From the NCBI GenBank assembly GCA_963801795.1, contig CAWDFZ010000005.1, positions 484,664 to 548,663 of the forward strand: DNA of 64,000 nucleotides, written 5' to 3'. Source of the DNA: Ilumatobacteraceae bacterium. Lineage in GTDB: Bacteria; Actinomycetota; Acidimicrobiia; Acidimicrobiales; Ilumatobacteraceae. A model generated the notes under the pieces. The model saw only the letters and a list, made by a program, of their open reading frames with translations, searched no databases and was not told the DNA's origin. Made by a program: the position numbers and the translations under genes. How positions within the stretch are numbered: position 1 is the stretch's first letter; every line of letters starts with the position of its first letter. This document shows positions 46,865-57,501 of the stretch, in pieces.

Positions 46865-49195
46865 CCACGATCGAACGCCCCGACGTCGTCGCTCCGGTCA
46901 CCGACCCCGACGGACGACTCGGCACGATCGGCACGTCGCCCACCCGGCCCGACGGCATCGCCAAGGTGCAGGGCACGTTCGCCTTCTCGTCCGACCTCTC
47001 CGCCGACGGGCTGTCTGTGGGGGGCGACGTTGCGGTCGCCGCATCCGTACGCCGCGGATCCGCGTCGATCGACGTGTCGCGCGGCGTGGAAGATCGCCGG
47101 CGTCGAGGCGGTCATCACGGCCGACGACGTGCCCGGCTCGATGTTCTACGGGCTGATCAGCCAGGACCAGCCGGTGTTCGCCTCCGACGTCGTGCGCTAC
47201 GTCGGCGAGCCGGTCGCCGCGGTCGCCGCCGATCATCCCGGAGACCTGCCGGCGGGCCCTCGCGGCGATCGTCGTCGACTACGAGCTGCTCGATCCGCTG
47301 CTCGACCCCGAGGCCGCGATCGACGGCAGCCATCCGCCGATCCACCCCGACGGCAACCTGATCCGTCACCAGCGCATCGTGTGCGGCGACCAGAGCGTCG
47401 ATCGGCGACGTCGTCGTCGAGGGCACCTACGAGATCGGCATGCAGGACCAGGCGTTCCTCGGGCTCGAGGCGGCGCTCGCCGTGCCCGATCCCGGCGGCA
47501 AGGGCGTCGAGCTGCACGTCGCCACCCAGTGGCTCCACGAGGACCGCCACCAGATCGCCGCCTGCCTCGGCCTGCCCGACGAGGCCGTGCGGCTCGTGCT
47601 CGGCGGCGTCGGCGGCGCCTTCGGGGCCCGCGAGGACATCAGCCTGCAGGTCCACACGTGCCTGCTGGCGCTGCGGCTCGGGCGGCCGGTGCGCATCGCC
47701 TACAGCCGGGCCGAGAGCTTCCTCGGCCACGTCCACCGCCACCCGGCGACGATCTGGATGCGCCACCACGCCACGACGCGACGGCGAGATCGTCAAGATC
47801 GAGGCGCGCATGGTGTTCGACGGCGGGGCGTACGCCTCCACGTCGTCGGCGGTGCTGATCAACGGCATCACGCACACCCAGGGCCCGTACCGCTGCGCCA
47901 ACGCCGTCGTCGACGGGTACGCCGTGCGGACGAACCACCTGCCGTGCGGGGCGATGCGCGGGTTCGGGGTCGTGCAGGCGTGCTTCGCCCACGAATCGCA
48001 GATGGACCGGCTGGCCGCCGCCTGCGGGCTCGATCCGGTCGAGATCCGCCTGCGCAACGCGATGCGCACGGGCGACCCGCTGATCACCGGTCAGGCCGTG
48101 GTGAACGTGGCGCCGGTCGAGCGGTGCATCCGCGACACCGCGGCGCTGCCGATGCCGACGGCCGTCCGGCCGACGGGACCACGTCATGGCGCTGCCGGGC
48201 GGCGCGGGACGCACCGCCGATCCGCGCCGACATCGTGCGCGGCGTCGGCTGGGGCGTGGCGATCAAGAACCTCATGTACTCCGAGGGCTTCGACGACTAC
48301 TCGACCGCACGGTGCCGGCTCGCCGACGGCGTGGCCACGCTGAAGTTCGCCACGTCCGAGGTCGGGCAGGGATTCGTCACGATCGCCGGGCAGATCGCCC
48401 GCGTCGATCCTCGGCGTCGACGAGGTCGTGCTCGACCGGATCGACACGCAGGTCGGCTCCGCCGGGTCGACGTCGGCGTCGCGGCAGACGTGGATGAGCG
48501 GGGGAGCGGTCGACGCCGCCTGCCGGGCGGTGCGCGAGCGGCTGTTCGAGCACGTCGGCGGCGGCGCACGGCCTCGACCCGCTGCGCCTCGCGATCGAGG
48601 GCACCGACGTCGTCGACGTCGTGTCCGGCTGGCGGCATGTCCGTCGCCGAGGCGACGCGCCGGGCGTCGCGTTCGACGAGACCGTCGAGTACCGCCATCC
48701 GCCCGACCGAGGACCTCGACGAGAACGGCCAGGGCAACTGCCACACGGCGTTCGCGTTCGTCGCCCACCGCGCCGTCGTCGACGTCGATCCGCGAGCTCG
48801 GCCTGGTGAAGGTCGTGCAGATGGCCACGGCGCAGGACGTCGGGCGGGCGCTGAACCCGCTGTCGGTGCACCGGCCAGATCGAGGGCGGCATCGCCCAGG
48901 GCCTCGGGCTGGCCGTGATGGAGGAGATCATCCAGATCGACGGCGTGATCCGCAACGGCAACTTCACCGACTACCTGCTGCCGACGTTCCTCGACATGCC
49001 CGACGTCGTGCGCGACGCTGATCGAGATCCCCGATCCGCACGCGCCGCTCGGCGCGAAGGGCGTCGGCGAGCCGCCGTGCATCTCGTCGACGCCGGCGAT
49101 CGTCGCGGCCATCCGTGACGCCCTGCGCCAGGTCGACGGCGTCGGCAAACCGCTCGACCCGCGTCCCCGTCCGCCCCAGCGACATCTGCCTGTGA
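46861..49195 (+). CDS. Molybdopterin-binding large subunit (xanthine dehydrogenase/aldehyde oxidase family), frame-disrupted
   Basis: GTG 46861 overlaps the upstream stop (GTGA). Motifs are PDGIAKVQGTFAFSSD, EIGMQDQAFLGLEAA, GGVGGAFGARED, MRGFGVVQ, GQGFVTIAGQ and PLGAKGVGEPPCISS. There are at least 6 frame changes across 46297..47361, 47030..48343, 47440..48918, 48186..48497, 48428..49021 and 48915..49118. The hand-read end is ...RPSDICL* with TGA at 49193-49195. Confidence 0.85.
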
Positions 49196-49326
49196 CGATC
49201 GCTCGGCACGTCGATGTCGGTCGACGTCGACGACATCGCGGTCGGCCGAGCGTCGCATGTCGCTGACGCTCGCCGGCGATCGTGCGCCGGATTACCGGTC
49301 GGTCGGCTGCGATAGCTTCCGACCGC

Positions 49327-49826
49327 ATGTCCGACGAGCGGGAGATCATGACGTGGGAGATGTTCGGGACGGCGTCCCGGGCGCTGGCGCAGGCGGTGGC
49401 CGACGACGGGTACGAGCCCGACATGGTGCTGGCGATCGCCCGCGGTGGGCTGCTGATCGGCGGGGCGATCGGCTACGCCCTGTCGGTGAAGAACGTGTAC
49501 ACGATGAACGTCGAGTTCTACACCGGCGTCGACGAGCGCCTCGAGGTGCCGCGCATCCTGCCGCCGGCGCCCGACTTCGTCGACGTGTCCGACGCCCAGC
49601 ATCCTGATCGTCGACGACGTGGCCGACACCGGCCACACGCTCGCGGTCGGTGCACGACTTCTGCGAGGGCAAGGTCGCCGAGGTCCGCACCGGCGTGCTC
49701 TACGAGAAGTCGCACTCGGTCGTGAAGTGCGACTACATCTGGAAGCGCACCGACCAGTGGATCAACTTCCCGTGGAGCGACAAGGACCCGGTCGCCAAGC
49801 GCGACTGGGCGGTCAAGGACGCCTGA
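49327..49826 (+). CDS. Purine phosphoribosyltransferase (type I PRT, xanthine/hypoxanthine-guanine-like), one frame change
   Basis: MSDEREIMTWEMFG..., IARGGLLIGG, and the PRPP loop ILIVDDVADTGHTL (read by hand after a shift near 49595). The end is ...PVAKRDWAVKDA* with TGA at 49824-49826. Confidence 0.8.
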
Positions 49827-49848
49827 ACCGACGCGACCTCCGCGACGT

Positions 49849-50933
49849 TCAGTGGCTGAACGCCTGGCCTTGCGCCCGCTTGAGGCGTTCGGCGAGGAGT
49901 TTCGGCGGGACGACACCGAGGAGACGGTCGTCGGACCACACGGTCACGATCGGACGCAGCGGGTTGATCCGGGGGAGCACGTCGGACAGCGCCTCGTCGG
50001 GTGTGGCCCGGGCAAGCTGGCTGAACGGCACCATCAGATTGGTCAGCATGATCATCGCCCGCCGTTCGGACGGCACGGCCCACAGCTGTTCCTCGAGCAC
50101 GAGGCCGTCGAGTTCGCCGTCGTCGCCCATCACGGCGACGGCACCGGCGCTACCGAGGCGCTGACGCTGCCAGATCATCGAGTCGGCGTCCATGTCGGTG
50201 CCGGCGTGGGCGACACCGAACCACGTGAGGTCGCCGACGGTCACCCCGTCGAGCTGCTCGGCGACGTACGAACGCCATGATCTCGGCGCGGGCGTTCATC
50301 GCGATGAACAGCCCGGTCAGGCCGAGGAAGATGCCCGGCATGCCGTTGAGCATCATGGCCAGCCCGATCGCCGGCCATCGCCCATCCGAGCACCCGTCCC
50401 GCCTGGCCGGCATCGCGCGCCGCCCGGTACTTGTTGCCGGTGCGCGCCCAGCGCCACGGCCCGCAGCACCCGCCCACCGTCGAGCGGTGCGCCCGGGAGC
50501 ATGTTGAACACGGCGAGCAGGAGGTTCACGAGACCGACCCACCCGAACACGGCCGACTCGAAGGCGATTCCGGCACCGAGCGCGACGCACGCCGATCAGC
50601 AGGCTCACCGCGGGCCCGGCGACGGCGATCAGGCCGTCGGCGCGTGGCGTGGGCGGTTCCCGGTCGAGCGACGCGACGCCGCCGAGCAGCCACAGGTCGA
50701 TCGACTCGGTCTGGACGCCGTACCGGCGGGCGACGAGGGCATGGCCGAACTCGTGGGCGATGATCGAGGCGAAGAAGGCGAGCGGTGGCGACGATGCCAC
50801 CGGTGAGGCCGAGGCTTCCGGCGAGCGTGGTGCCGAACAGCAGGACGATCAGCGCCATGCTCCAGTGCGCGCGCACCGGAATTCCGGCGTAGCGACCGAG
50901 CCTCAACGACCCACCGTTCATTGCCGTCGTCAA
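49849..50933 (-). CDS. Site-2 protease family (M50) zinc metalloprotease with a C-terminal CBS pair, frame-disrupted
   Basis: HEFGHALVA (HExxH), [13 protein letters not shown] and the CBS region 49849..50244. Pieces are 50526..50933, 50150..50800, 50353..50550 and 49849..50244. Confidence 0.8.
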
Positions 50934-50944
50934 CGCCTCACGAC

Positions 50945-50999
50945 CCCGAAAAATGCCCCGATTCGCCCGCTCAGCGATCGATTCACGGCATTTTTCGGG
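50945..50999. repeat. Copy B of the interspersed palindromic element (diverged)
   Basis: cccgaaaaatgcc (50945-50957) pairs perfectly with ggcatttttcggg (50987-50999). The inner part aligns with copy A (cgattcgcccgctcagcgatcgattcac versus cgaatcgttcgctcagcgagcgattcgc) but has lost pairing. It lies 34 nt below the stop codon at 51033-51035 and 11 nt upstream of the M50 start. Confidence 0.75.
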
Positions 51000-51032
51000 T
51001 CAAGCCGTCGATCTTCAGGACCTCGGCGACCA

Positions 51033-52613
51033 TCAGGACCGGTGTTCGAGGATGACGGTGGCGCAGTTGCGGCCGCTCGCGCCCCAGACGCCGGCGCCCG
51101 GGAAGGTCGCCGCGCCGGTGAGGTAGAGGCCCGGCGACGGCGGTCTCGTAGTTCGTGAGCTCGGGGTTCGCGTTGCGGAAGGCGGCGAGCGGGCCGCCGG
51201 CGAAGCTCGTGGCGTGGCCGGCCGGGAGGTGGAAGTCGCGCTCGTACACGTCGGGTGTCATCGCCCGCCAGTCGACGATCGAGTCGAGGAAGCCGGGCTC
51301 GCAGCAACTCCGACACGGCTTCCAGCCAGCGCCACGGCTCGGGCGAATCCGTCCACCCACCCACGACGGAGAACGGGGTGAACAGGACCTCGAGGCTGAA
51401 CACGTGCCGGCCGGCGGGCGCCATCGTCGGGTCGAGCAGGCGTCGGGACGTTGACGAGCATGCCCGGCCGGTCGAGCACCCGGCCCTCGGCCATCAGCGC
51501 CGCGCCCCGGTCGATGTCGGCCAGGCCGGGAGCGATCATCGTGGTCGGCCCGAGCGTGCGGTCGGAGCCGCGAAGCCGCGGGACGCGCGTCGACGATCGA
51601 CGTCGAGCTTCGACTCGTAGCCTTCGGCATGCGGGACGTCCGTCCAGCGCCGGACGAGATCGTCGGCGCGGTCGGCGGCGGGTTCTTCAGCCACCGCAGG
51701 AACGTGTCGTGCGGGTTGCACGCCGACACGACGATCGGCGCGTCGATCTCGGTGCCGTCGACCAGCCCGACCCCGCGTACCCGGTCGCCCTCGCACCGGA
51801 TCGAGTCGACCGACGCTCTTCGTCCGCACCTCGCCGCCCGCAGCCTCGAACGCCGATCGCAGGGCGCGCGGCACCTCGCCGCTGCCGCCGATCGGCCGCC
51901 CGACCCTGGCCGACGTGACGCATCGCGCAGGCCGAGCGCGCCGAGCCCGTGCCGGGCGTCTCCGGCGAGATCCCCCACACCATCGGGCCGGACATCGCCG
52001 CGGGGCCGCTGATGGCGTCGTCGTCGAAGAACGACCGCAGCACGTCGGCCGTCGACTGCGCCGGACCACCGCAGCAGCGTCGGTGCCCCGGCGAGACGGC
52101 GGCGGAGGGCGAGCGCCGTCAGGCCGCGCACCGACGGCGGTTCCGCGGCGGCCTCGAGGATCATGCGGATCGCCGGCATCGCGGCGCGGGCGTACCGGCG
52201 GTAGCCGTCGACCTGCGTCCGGCAGCACCTCGGCGATCGACGCGACGGTCTCGTCGAGGTCGTGATGGTGCGACCAGGCGACGCCGTCGCCAGCCGTCGC
52301 CCAGGTCATGTTGTGCTGCGCCGGATCGAGGTCGAGGTAGCGCAGGCCGTGGGCGGCGAGGTCGAGTTCGTCCATCACCGGCGTGGTGCGGAACGTGAGA
52401 TGGTCGCAGTTGCAGATGTTGACCGTCGCGCCGGCGAACTGCTCGCTGGCCGCCGTTCCGCCGACGTCGGCCCGGGCCTCGAGCACCAGCGTGCGCAGGC
52501 CGGCGCGGGCGAGATAGGCCGCGGTGACGAGGCCGTTGTGGCCTCCGCCGATCACGATGGCGTCGAAGTCGTCGCCCGTCCGGCGCCGCGGTCGTGGTTC
52601 TGGTCGCCGTCAT
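51033..52613 (-). CDS. NAD(P)/FAD-dependent oxidoreductase, phytoene desaturase (CrtI)-like family, frame-disrupted
   Basis: [33 protein letters not shown] (GxGxxG dinucleotide fold) and the C-terminal ...[31 protein letters not shown], read by hand. Pieces are 52161..52637, 51536..52555 and 50983..52179, with several shifts. Confidence 0.75.
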
Positions 52614-52669
52614 GACGTGCCCGCTTGCATCCGTCACAGTCTCTCGCGGCCAGGCTCCGACGGCCTAGC

Positions 52670-53469
52670 GTGGCGGTGTGTCATCCGCCATCACGTCGCC
52701 TCGACGAACTCCGGGCGCCCGACATCGCCCGCGTCCTCGACGACGCGGAGCATCCTCGTCCAGCCGCTCGGAGCGATCGAACAGCACGGCCCCCACCTGC
52801 CGTTCAACACCGACCTGCTGATCGCCGAGCGCGTGGCGACGGCCGCGGTGGAGCGGGTCGGCGAGGAGCTCGACGTGTGGCTGCTGCCGCCGCTCGCCTA
52901 CACGAAGTCGAACGAGCACGCCTGGTCGGCCGGCACGATCTGGCTGTCGGCCACCACGCTGCTGGCGGTGCTCGACGACATCGGTCGCTGCGTGGCGATG
53001 ACGCCGGCCCGCAAGCTCGTGTTCATGAACGGCCACGGCGGCAACTCCGCGCTGGTCGGCGTCGCCAACCGGGAGCTGCGCCTGCACCACGGCCTGATGA
53101 CGTTCCTCGCCCACCCGGGCGTGCCGCCCGACCAGGGCGGCCACTCACCGGCGGCCGAGCTCGGCATGGGCATCCACGGCGGGACCGACGAGACGTCGCT
53201 GATGCTGCACCTCGCGCCCGGAGCTGGTCGACATGTCGGCCGCCACCCGCAACGTCCCCGAGCAGCTCGCGGCCAACCGCTACGTCCGCTTCGGTGGCAG
53301 CGTCGGCTTCGGCTGGCTGTCGAACGACTTCGGGCCCGACGGCCACATCGGCGACCCGACGACGGCCACCGCCGAGCGCGGCGAGGAGCTGTTCGGCGCG
53401 GCGGTCGACGCGTTCTGCGCCGCCCTCGCCGAGATCGCCCCGTTCGAGCTCCCGATGAAGCCGGCATGA
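52670..53469 (+). CDS. Creatininase-family amidohydrolase, frame-disrupted
   Basis: LVQPLGAIEQHGPHLPFNTD, FMNGHGGN and GIHGGTDETSLML. Pieces are 52625..53458 (N-terminus), 52524..53483 and 53233..53469. The start is approximate (GTG 52670 or 52676). Confidence 0.75.
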
Positions 53470-53479
53470 CCGGTACGGC

Positions 53480-54754
53480 ATGAACACCGGCGACCTGCGC
53501 ATCGACATCGACCGCCTGCTCGGACGGATCGCCGAACTCGGCGAGATCGGCCGGATCGACGGGCCGGCGGGCGAGTGGGGCAACGCCCGGCTCGCGCTGA
53601 CCGACGACGACCGCGCGCGGCCGCGAGCTGGTGGTGTCGTGGATGCGCGACCTCGGCCTGAGCGTGGCCATCGACGCGATCGGCAACGTGTTCGCCACCC
53701 GGCCGGGCACCGACCCGCACGCTGCACCCGTGATGACCGGCTCGCACATCGACACGGTGCGCACCGGCGGCCGCTTCGACGGCAACCTCGGCGTGCTCGC
53801 CGGGCTGGAGGTGGTCGAGACGCTGGAACAGCACGGCATCGTCACCGAGCGCCCGTTCGTCGTGGCGTTCTTCACCGACGAGGAGGGCGCCCGATTCGCG
53901 CCCGACATGCTCGGCAGCCTGGTGTTCGCCGGCGGGATGCCGCTCGAGGTGGCGCTCGACGTCACCGCCGTCGACGACGGCGCCCGCCTCGGCGACGAAC
54001 TGGAACGCATCGGCTTCGCCGGTCCCTTGCCCTGCCCGACGGCCGCACCGCCGCACCGGTTCGTCGAGCTGCACATCGAGCAGGGCCCGATCCTCGAGGC
54101 CGAGGGCGTCGACATCGGCGTCGTCGAAGGGGTGCAGGGCATCTCGTGGACCGAATACGTCCTGCGCGGTCAGTCGGCCCACGCCGGCACGACGCCGATG
54201 CGGCTCCGACACGATCCCGGGCTCGTGGCCGCGCAGATCGTCGCCTTCGTCCGTGCGTTGACCGCCGAGATCGGGGGCGCGCAGGTCGGCACCGTCGGGC
54301 GGATCGACGTCCAGCCCAACCTGGTCAACGTCGTTCCATCGACGGCGTCGGTCACCGTCGACCTTCGCAACACCGACGAGACAGCGTTGGCCGAGGCAGA
54401 ACGGCGCTTGGACGGCCTTCGTCCAGCGGGTGGCCGCCGCCGAGGGGGTCACCGTCGAACGCCGCTCGCTCGCCCGCTTCGAGCCGGTCGACTTCGATCC
54501 CGACAATGATCGACTCGTCGAGGCCACGGCCCGTCGGCTCGGGACACTCCACACGCCGAATGCCGAGCGGCGCCGGACACGACGCACAGATGTTGGCCCG
54601 GCTCTGTCCGACCGCGATGATCTTCACGCCGAGTGTCGATGGGCTGAGCCACAACATCGCCGAGTACACCGAAGCATCCGACCTCGAGGCCGGCGCCAAC
54701 GTACTGCTCCACGTTGTGCTCGACCAACTCGGCGCAACCGACGATCCCGACTGA
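53480..54754 (+). CDS. M20-family Zn-dependent amidohydrolase (allantoate amidohydrolase / N-carbamoyl-L-amino-acid hydrolase type), frame-disrupted
   Basis: GSHIDTVRTGGRFDGNLGVLAGLEV, FFTDEEGARF, ELHIEQGPILE, GQSAHAGTTPM and SGAGHDAQ. Pieces are 53480..54754 (both ends), 53631..54509 and a short hand-read stretch. Confidence 0.8.
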   Translation: MNTGDLRIDIDRLLGRIAELGEIGRIDGPAGEWGNARLALTDDDRARPRAGGVVDARPRPERGHRRDRQRVRHPAGHRPARCTRDDRLAHRHGAHRRPLRRQPRRARRAGGGRDAGTARHRHRAPVRRGVLHRRGGRPIRARHARQPGVRRRDAARGGARRHRRRRRRPPRRRTGTHRLRRSLALPDGRTAAPVRRAAHRAGPDPRGRGRRHRRRRRGAGHLVDRIRPARSVGPRRHDADAAPTRSRARGRADRRLRPCVDRRDRGRAGRHRRADRRPAQPGQRRSIDGVGHRRPSQHRRDSVGRGRTALGRPSSSGWPPPRGSPSNAARSPASSRSTSIPTMIDSSRPRPVGSGHSTRRMPSGAGHDAQMLARLCPTAMIFTPSVDGLSHNIAEYTEASDLEAGANVLLHVVLDQLGATDDPD

Positions 54755-54775
54755 CGCCACTCCGACCACTGCCCG

Positions 54776-55973
54776 ATGCCCCTCCGCACCCCACCCTCCG
54801 ATGCCACCGACCGGCCGAACCTCGCGTTCCTCGCCGCGGGCGGGCTCATCGTGATCGTGCTCGGCGTCGGCTTCCTGAGCGCCGGGGGCGGCGGATCCTC
54901 ACCCGAAGCGCTCGGACCGGAGACCGCGCTGACGACGACTGTTGCTGGTCGATGCGGCCGCACCGACGACGACGCTCGAGACGACGACGACGGTTCCGAC
55001 CGTGCCGCCGCTCGCCGCGACGCTGGTGAAGGGCGCCAATGGCGACGACGTGGTCCGCCTCCAGGAGCGCCTGGCCGGTCTCGGGTTCCAGCCGGGTCCG
55101 GTCGACGGCCAGTTCGGCACCGGCACGCAGCAGGCGGTGTGGGCGTTCAAGAAGCTGGTCGGCAACGTCAACTGGAAGGATTTTGCCGCATCCGGTGACC
55201 AGACCTCGGTGACCGACGCACTGTGGCAGCAGATGAACGATCCGGCCTTCGCGATCGCCCCCCGGCGCCCGAACACCGGCAAGCACGTCGAGATCTACCT
55301 GCCGCTGCAGGTGTTGGCGTTGTTCGACGCGAACAACCAACCGATCTTCGTCACCCACATCTCGACCGGCGAGCTCAATCCCGACGGCACCGATGCGACG
55401 TTCTGCGAGGACGCCACGTACACGACCGACATCCGCGGCAACGCGCTGGCGGAGCCGGAGACGAAGGCGATCTGTGCCGAGTCGAAGACGCCGCCCGGTG
55501 TGTTCCGCCTGAAGCGGTACGAGGACGGCCAGCACGTCAGCCCGCTCGGGGGGATGAAGAACCCCTGGTACTTCAACTACGGCATCGCCATCCACGGGGC
55601 GCAGAACGTGCCCGACCACCCGGCGTCGCACGGCTGCGTGCGGATGAGCAACGGCCTGGCCGACCTGTTCCCGACGCTCGTCGAGAAGGGCAACGCGGTG
55701 TACGTGTGGGGCTACGACGGCCGCGAGCCCGAGGGGTACACGGAAAAGGAGTCGACTCCGTCGTTCAACCGGCCTGATCCGGACGCGACCACGACGACGA
55801 CGTCGACCACCACGATCCCGACGACGACCCTCGTGCCGACCACCACGGTCGCGCCGACCACCGCGGCGCCGACCACCGCCGCCCCGACGACCGCCGCACC
55901 CACGACGGTCGCGCCGACGACGGCAGTCCCCACGACCGCCGCCCCGGCCACCACCGTCGCCCCGCCGGTCTGA
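54776..55973 (+). CDS. L,D-transpeptidase (YkuD) with an N-terminal TM anchor, a PG-binding domain and a Thr/Pro/Ala repeat tail
   Basis: The TM anchor is LAFLAAGGLIVIVLGVGFL. The PG_binding_1 domain is GDDVVRLQERLAGLGFQPGPVDGQFGTGTQQAVWAFKK. The YkuD catalytic motif is IHGAQNVPDHPASHGCVRMSN. Pieces are 54776..55198 and 54942..55973. Confidence 0.85.
55851..55970 (+). repeat. Eight tandem 15-bp units encoding (A/V)PTT(A/V) pentapeptides at the transpeptidase C-terminus
   Basis: The units gcgccgaccaccgcg / gcgccgaccaccgcc / gccccgacgaccgcc ... run up to the stop at 55971-55973. Confidence 0.8.
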
Positions 55974-55994
55974 CCGACCCGCCCGTTCCGCACG

Positions 55995-56108
55995 TCGTTG
56001 CGGTGAGCGAGAGGCCCACCCCTCGGTCCGTTCGCTCACCGCTGGGATCAGGCCACTCGTTGCGATGAGCGAGCGGCCCACCCCTCGGTCCGTTGGCTCA
56101 TCGCTGGG
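55995..56108. repeat. Two tandem 52-nt hairpin units (62-nt period) in a convergent intergenic spacer
   Basis: Unit 1 (55995-56046) has the stem gcggtgagcga / tcgctcaccgc, a perfect 11 bp. Unit 2 (56057-56108) has gcgatgagcga / tggctcatcgc with 1 mismatch. The loops are near-identical: g(a/c)ggcccacccctcggtccgt. Confidence 0.8.
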
Positions 56109-56121
56109 TCGGGGACGCGGC

Positions 56122-56151
56122 GAGGGGGCGCCCCGTGTGGAGCGCCCCCTC
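56122..56151. terminator. Perfect 10-bp GC hairpin (gagggggcgc / gcgccccctc) downstream of both convergent genes
   Basis: Read directly, with a 10-nt loop. There is no U-tract, so terminator function is only inferred from position. Confidence 0.35.
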
Positions 56152-56190
56152 ACCGGTGTTCGGGAGTTCAGTTGTACGACGTGGTGTCGA

Positions 56191-57422
56191 TCAGAGACCG
56201 ATGCTCGGGTCGATGAACTGGTTGGTGACGATGTCGTCAGCCGTCACGCCGTCCTTCGGCGTGGCGCCCTGGGCCGTGTAGATCGGCACGGCGAGCTCGA
56301 TGAGCTCGTTCACACGATCGAGGTCGAAGTTGCCGACCGTGTCGTCGGGCCCGTTGGCCACGAGGCCGTCCTCCTTGATCGTGCTCGACGCCGTAGTCGG
56401 CCGTGCCCTCGGTGTAGGTCCAGCCGAAGTCCTCACCGAACCCGGCGACGGCGTCGAGGATGATCGCGTTGGTCCGGGCCGGGTCGTTGATGTAGTCGAT
56501 GCTCGCCTGCTGGATGATCGGCACGAGCTTCGTGAAGCAGGCGCTGAAGCGCCTCGATGTTCTCCGGCTTCGTGGCGATCGACTCGGCGTAGTTCTCCCA
56601 GCCGACGTCGTTGATGTACTCGTACTTGACGGGCTTCACCCAGTTCGGTCGAGCTCGTTCTCGTACAGGTACGGCTCGGCCGAGCCGAATCCCTGCTGGG
56701 CCGCCTTGCCCTCGTCGGCGATGAACAGGCTCGGATCGCCCTGTACGAGCCGTCGACCTGATCGACCGACAGGATGCCCGAACCGGTGAGGTAGTCCATG
56801 TACGCCGCGCCACCGAAGTAGCGGATCTTGACACCCTCGGTGCCGAGGTCGGCGATGCCCGTGACGTCCGGATAGGTCTCGGGATCCCACATGATCATCT
56901 GCGGGTTCTTCTCGAAGCCGGACTCGATGGCCACGGTCGGGAAGTCGCCGGAGAACTGGATCGCCTCGTCGGTGTAGACGTAGCCGAGGGTGATGGACGT
57001 CGTCCGTGTACATGATCTGGCGTGACCGGCGAGAAGTTCTGGGCCGCGCCGCCGGAGCGGATCTGGATCTTCACGCCGGTGTCGTTGCCGCCGGCGTCGA
57101 TCAGCGGGCCGGTGACGTAGGCCTTGCCGGCATCGATCTCGTAGCCCTCGCCGACCATCTGGTACAGGAAGCCGTGCTCGGCCTCGGGCATCCAGTCGGT
57201 CTGGATGACGACCGTGTCGGGGCAGTCGCCCGCGAGGCTCACGGCCTCGCCACTCGCTTCGGCCGCGGCGGTACCGGCCGTCGTGTCGCCGGTGGTACCC
57301 GCCGTGGTGTCGGCGGGCGCATCGGTCGTGCTCGAGTCGTCGCTGTCGCTGCCGCAGGCGGCGACCGCGAGCGAGGCCGCGAGGGCGAGACCGAGCAGCG
57401 AGGCGCTGCGTTGCTTGTTCAT
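56191..57422 (-). CDS. ABC transporter substrate-binding lipoprotein (NitT/TauT, NMT1/THI5-like), frame-disrupted
   Basis: ATG 57422 lies after AAGGAG. The lipobox is LALAASLAVAAC, followed by a Thr/Asp/Ala linker. Blocks are VVIQTDWMPEAEHGFLYQ and the conserved C-terminus in 56191..56934. Pieces are 56895..57446, 56636..57013, 56433..56834, 56237..56524 and 56191..56934. Confidence 0.7.
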
Positions 57423-57501
57423 GTTTGCTCCTTGTAGGGGGTTCACGCTGGCTGGAATCGGGGAGTTCGGGGAACTCCGATGGATGGGGGAGGAGGGCTC
57501 G

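Noticed and set aside
55995-56108. A possible miniature CRISPR array (direct repeats with a hairpin).
   Set aside because: There are only two units, the intervening 'spacer' is 10 nt, each unit is 52 nt, and no cas genes are in the window. They are better described as tandem REP-like hairpins.
56065-56463. ORF encoding MSERPTPRSVGSSLG..., with a repeated SERPTPRSV peptide across the tandem hairpins.
   Set aside because: The peptide repeat is simply the translation of the DNA hairpin repeat. The remainder of the ORF runs antisense into the SBP gene, and I saw no Shine-Dalgarno-like sequence.
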